64,000 nucleotides of DNA from assembly GCA_964187785.1 (NCBI GenBank), contig OZ076409.1:54996001-55060000 (forward strand), given 5' to 3'. Positions within the stretch are counted from its first letter, which is position 1. Each line of letters opens with the position of its first letter. Below the pieces are notes generated by a model that saw only the letters and a list, made by a program, of their open reading frames with translations, was not told where the DNA came from and searched no databases. Source of the stretch: Amphiscolops sp. MND2022 (taxonomy: Eukaryota). This document shows, piece after piece, positions 60,614 to 64,000 of this stretch. The translations under genes were made by a program, and so were the position numbers.

Positions 60614-62307
60614 GATTCAGGTTTTTTGGAATTCGATTGGCCTGATGAGGATGTTGTGGATTTTTCATTCTTAATGCGAGTGCCTTCGTCTTCAGAGGGC
60701 TCCGTATCTTTGGAGGAGTCTTGTCTATTTCTTTTTGGACGAAGATGGGCACCAGCGCCACGCCAACATTTCTCTGCTGGATGATTGATTTTGCTGCAGG
60801 TGGGGCATTCTGGATAAGTTTGGCGTTGAGGCTTCCTGCCATCTTTGGCCTCGCTTTCCTTCTTCTTTTTGAGTTTTGGACAGTTTTTCCAGAAATGGTC
60901 TTCTGCCTTGCAGTATGAGCATTGATTGTTTTTGTTGGTGTCAATGCCATTAGATAGTAAGTTTCGGGATTTGATGGACGACGAGGCCATTGTAGTAATG
61001 GGTAGGTCGTCAGATTCCTCTAAGGCGTTTAATTCAAGCTCTCTTTCCAAATGTGCCACAATCTCCTTGTAGGTCCCGTTTTCCAATCGGGCCATATTCA
61101 CTGATCTCTTGAGTTTTGGGGGTAATTTGGCGTATAAGAGGCTATCTATCATGCTCTTGGCGTTTTCCCCGAAGGCTTTCTCGGCACCCTGGTTGAGTCC
61201 TTCGAGGAAGTCGGGCAGTTTCTATGTGTTGGGATCGAAAATGAGTCTGTGCCACTTGTGTTTGGCTGTGGCCTGGGACTCAGGTTTGACGTACTTTCTG
61301 CGGAATATGACCAATACGTCCTCTAATGTTTGACGGTTTATGGAGTTTATATTTCAGAAAGTTTGCAGGGCTCCTTTTCGGAGCAATGAATGAAAATGAT
61401 TTATTTTCATTTGTTCCGTCATAGCAGGCTGCATCTTTATCATTGTATGAAATATATCTTCAAACAATTCAAATGTTTCTGTTTTGCCGTCAAATGTCAT
61501 GGGGTTCGTAGTGACTGGTCTGATTGTCATTGTCTGTGGTCTGTTTTGAAGGTTTACCAGGACGTCTGCTGGTCTGTTGATAGGGTCTTGTGGCTGTTCT
61601 GCCGGGACAGGCTCTGCTAGTGGCAGGGTTGTATCCATGGTTGTATCATGAGTGGTTTCTTGTCTTTGGAGGTTGGGCTGAGAGTGAATTCGTCCTGTGA
61701 GGAATTCAGGAATCGGATGTTGGAGTTCGTTAGCTCCTGTCACCATGTAAGGATTAATGTCCGTATGCTCTCTTAGATCACAAGCGGACCTTGAATCCTT
61801 CTTTGTTAATCTTGTGTTTGTATTCTTCCATGCAATTCTGATTCCTTCCTCATTTGTGGACGCACACGGCTCAACGTCATGTTGACTCAAAGGCAAGTTT
61901 TCTACCATGTTTTGTATTTCTGGAATAATCCTCTCGCTTATGGCAGAACTAATCGCTCTGCTAATTTGCGATTGCATAAGGTCCATCATAGCCTCCATTT
62001 CACGTGACATTCTAGCATTCATTTCCCCTGATAGCATGTTGATTGACTCCATTAGTCTACTTTCCCTAATAGGTTCATTTCTGCTATCAATGTTCCTAAT
62101 CTCATTGTCTTGAGATGAGTTTTCTCTATTTGGAAAGGACTGAGAGTCCTGTTGCCCTTCAGGGGCATTAATGAGGCTGTCTAGTTCCCTTTCTATAGAG
62201 TTGGAATTTCCATCACCTAGCATTATGTCCATGTTTCCATAGTCGGACAACATATCTAGCTCTCTCGATTTTCTAGCTTTTGCCTTTTGTCTCCTCGTAG
62301 AAGGCAT
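60604..62307 (-). pseudogene. gag: gag of D, starting in the 5' LTR, with in-frame stops
   Basis: MPSTRRQKAK start; TFDGKTETFELFEDIF; knuckles CSYCKAEDHFWKNC and CPTCSKINHPAEKC. Confidence 0.9.
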
Positions 62308-63372
62308 TGAAAATGATTTTCCAGGAGAAAATACTTGAATTGTTCCTGTGGACAAGTGTTTCTCTTTTCAGGTTAATCAAAATGAGCGTAATGTATCAGA
62401 TAACTGCAAAACTATGATTAACATTTGTCAGGCCGACTTGGGTATAAATACCCCAAAGGACATGACAGACAAAATTGTTATGGTCATGATACTAAAAATA
62501 GCACGCAGACTAAAAATAGTTACATCATTGCTATAAATAGTATCATTACGTCACTAAGCGCCTGAAGGGGCGGCAAGTTCAAAGCACCCAATCAGGTTAT
62601 GGCGGGACGCGTTGATTCAGTGTTTTTTCACAGATTTCATGTATAAATAACATTTCATGCGCGCTGAATATATGTAGGACCTACATGGTCAAACGCCATA
62701 AGGGCTATTTCAACTATATCCATCTCGGGTAATGTCATAACACTCTCCCTCCGATTATATCCATGCATCAGAAGGAAACTTTACATGTATTTCATACATT
62801 GGCGTACAAATGTAGCATCATCTCGTATCATGATCAAAGTTAAGTAGCGCTCATCTTGGCAAACGGCCGTACTGGGCCTTGTTTCCATTTATATAAAGGC
62901 GTCACTACTTCATTCGATAGGACTAATTAACTCGTAAGCCGAGTCCGTCCTTACTTTATTTATTCAATCAGCAATATAGTATAGCAACAAGATGATTTGG
63001 ACCGGCCTTGTCGAGTGGCCAAACTAGTCTTTTCCGAGTAAATACAAATAACGACAGCAATTGTGAATGAAATTAGCACGGCTGTGATTGGTCAATATGC
63101 CGTGCGCGGCTATGTTAGCTATACCGAACAGGCAGACATTTGAACTCGTTTCCTTTCTGCCTGTCAGTATAGCTTGTTGTCAATTATTAAGCACACAAAA
63201 TACCCACTACATTTACATGTATTACAAACATTATAAATACCACAACTAAAAGTTCCAAATTTATTACCTTTTAATTGAAAGTTTCATTACAATGGCAATG
63301 TGCCAGGTAGGGCGTTTTGTCTGCTTGCGTCGATTGTATAGAAGTTGCCGTCGCAGACGGGAGCCTGCGACA
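61746..63372 (-). repeat. 5' LTR of D (1627 bp)
   Basis: Direct repeat of 47530-49164; followed by the PBS. Confidence 0.95.
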
Positions 63373-64000
63373 GGCAAAAACACACCAAGCTATACTTCTA
63401 TGCAAATTCTGAAAGAATTGAGAATGTTTGATCCAAGAAAAGTTTCAGCTTTTCCTGATAGAAGTCACATCAATATTCATGGATTTTCAGTAGTCCCGGT
63501 TGCATTTAGGGAACTGGCCTGAAACACTAACATCGAAAAAAGGGACCCTTCTTTCGAAGAAGCTGCTGATTAGATCGAATAACTTTTGCAATTCCGGAAA
63601 TGCAATCAACAAAAATCGGAATTGTGTTGACAAATGCTTTTCTACCTGTTTCCAAATCATCTGTTGAACGTATACCCCCGCGTCAAAAAAATGTCAAATA
63701 TTTTGAACTGAAATTACTCTGAAACTAATGCATGAAAATTGATTTTTCTTTTTTTACATGCAAGGCAAAACCATGCAAACCTAATCTGGCGGAAACAGCT
63801 CAAATATTTCACGCCGAATTTTACGTTTTACATAGGAGTGTTGGTAACTAGCACTTAAACATGTCAAAGGAAGAGAAAAATAATAGGCTCCTTTTACTGT
63901 ACGACATGGGAGTTAGAGATTTCAACGAACTACAGATAATGACAAGAATACACCCAAAAACATTATATCGGAATTTGACAAAATTACGAGAGGGGCAAAC

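Larger units (their letters stand above)
47530..63372 (-). mobile_element. Full-length Ty3/Gypsy LTR retrotransposon D (15.8 kb, decayed)
   Basis: LTRs at 47530-49164 and 61746-63372; TSD GGCGA/GGCAA with one mismatch; PBS TGGTGACAGGAGC; short purine tract AGGGGGAG before the 3' LTR. Confidence 0.95.

Overview
Eukaryotic (probably invertebrate) repeat-rich DNA with no recognisable host gene. About 80% of the window is four related but distinct Ty3/Gypsy-type LTR retrotransposons, all on the minus strand. A is partial (1-20111), and its 5' LTR is split by B. B spans 3515-19859 (TSD TTCAG), C spans 27009-43531 (TSD GACCC) and D spans 47530-63372 (TSD GGCGA/GGCAA). The three complete elements are about 16 kb long and share an unusual layout. 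They have 1.6-2.5 kb LTRs that encode the first 130-190 codons of Gag, a PBS that is itself Gag coding sequence, a -1 slippery site at the gag stop, and a PR-RT-RH-IN pol. Between pol and the 3' LTR lies a 5.5-7 kb accessory module with two genes. One is an ANTISENSE multi-intron gene encoding a zinc-finger protein that resembles a catalytically dead hAT transposase; its intron positions and exon sizes are conserved across the three families. The other is a divergently oriented sense ORF with SUMO-interacting-like motifs that runs into the 3' LTR. All LTRs begin with a GC-rich hairpin, and B and C lack a normal PPT. These copies carry frameshifts and stops. The spacers hold decayed hAT elements, Helentron-like (HINE) repeats, a degraded Gypsy pol fragment and an old LTR remnant. 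Family assignments come from reading motifs by eye, not from database searches.
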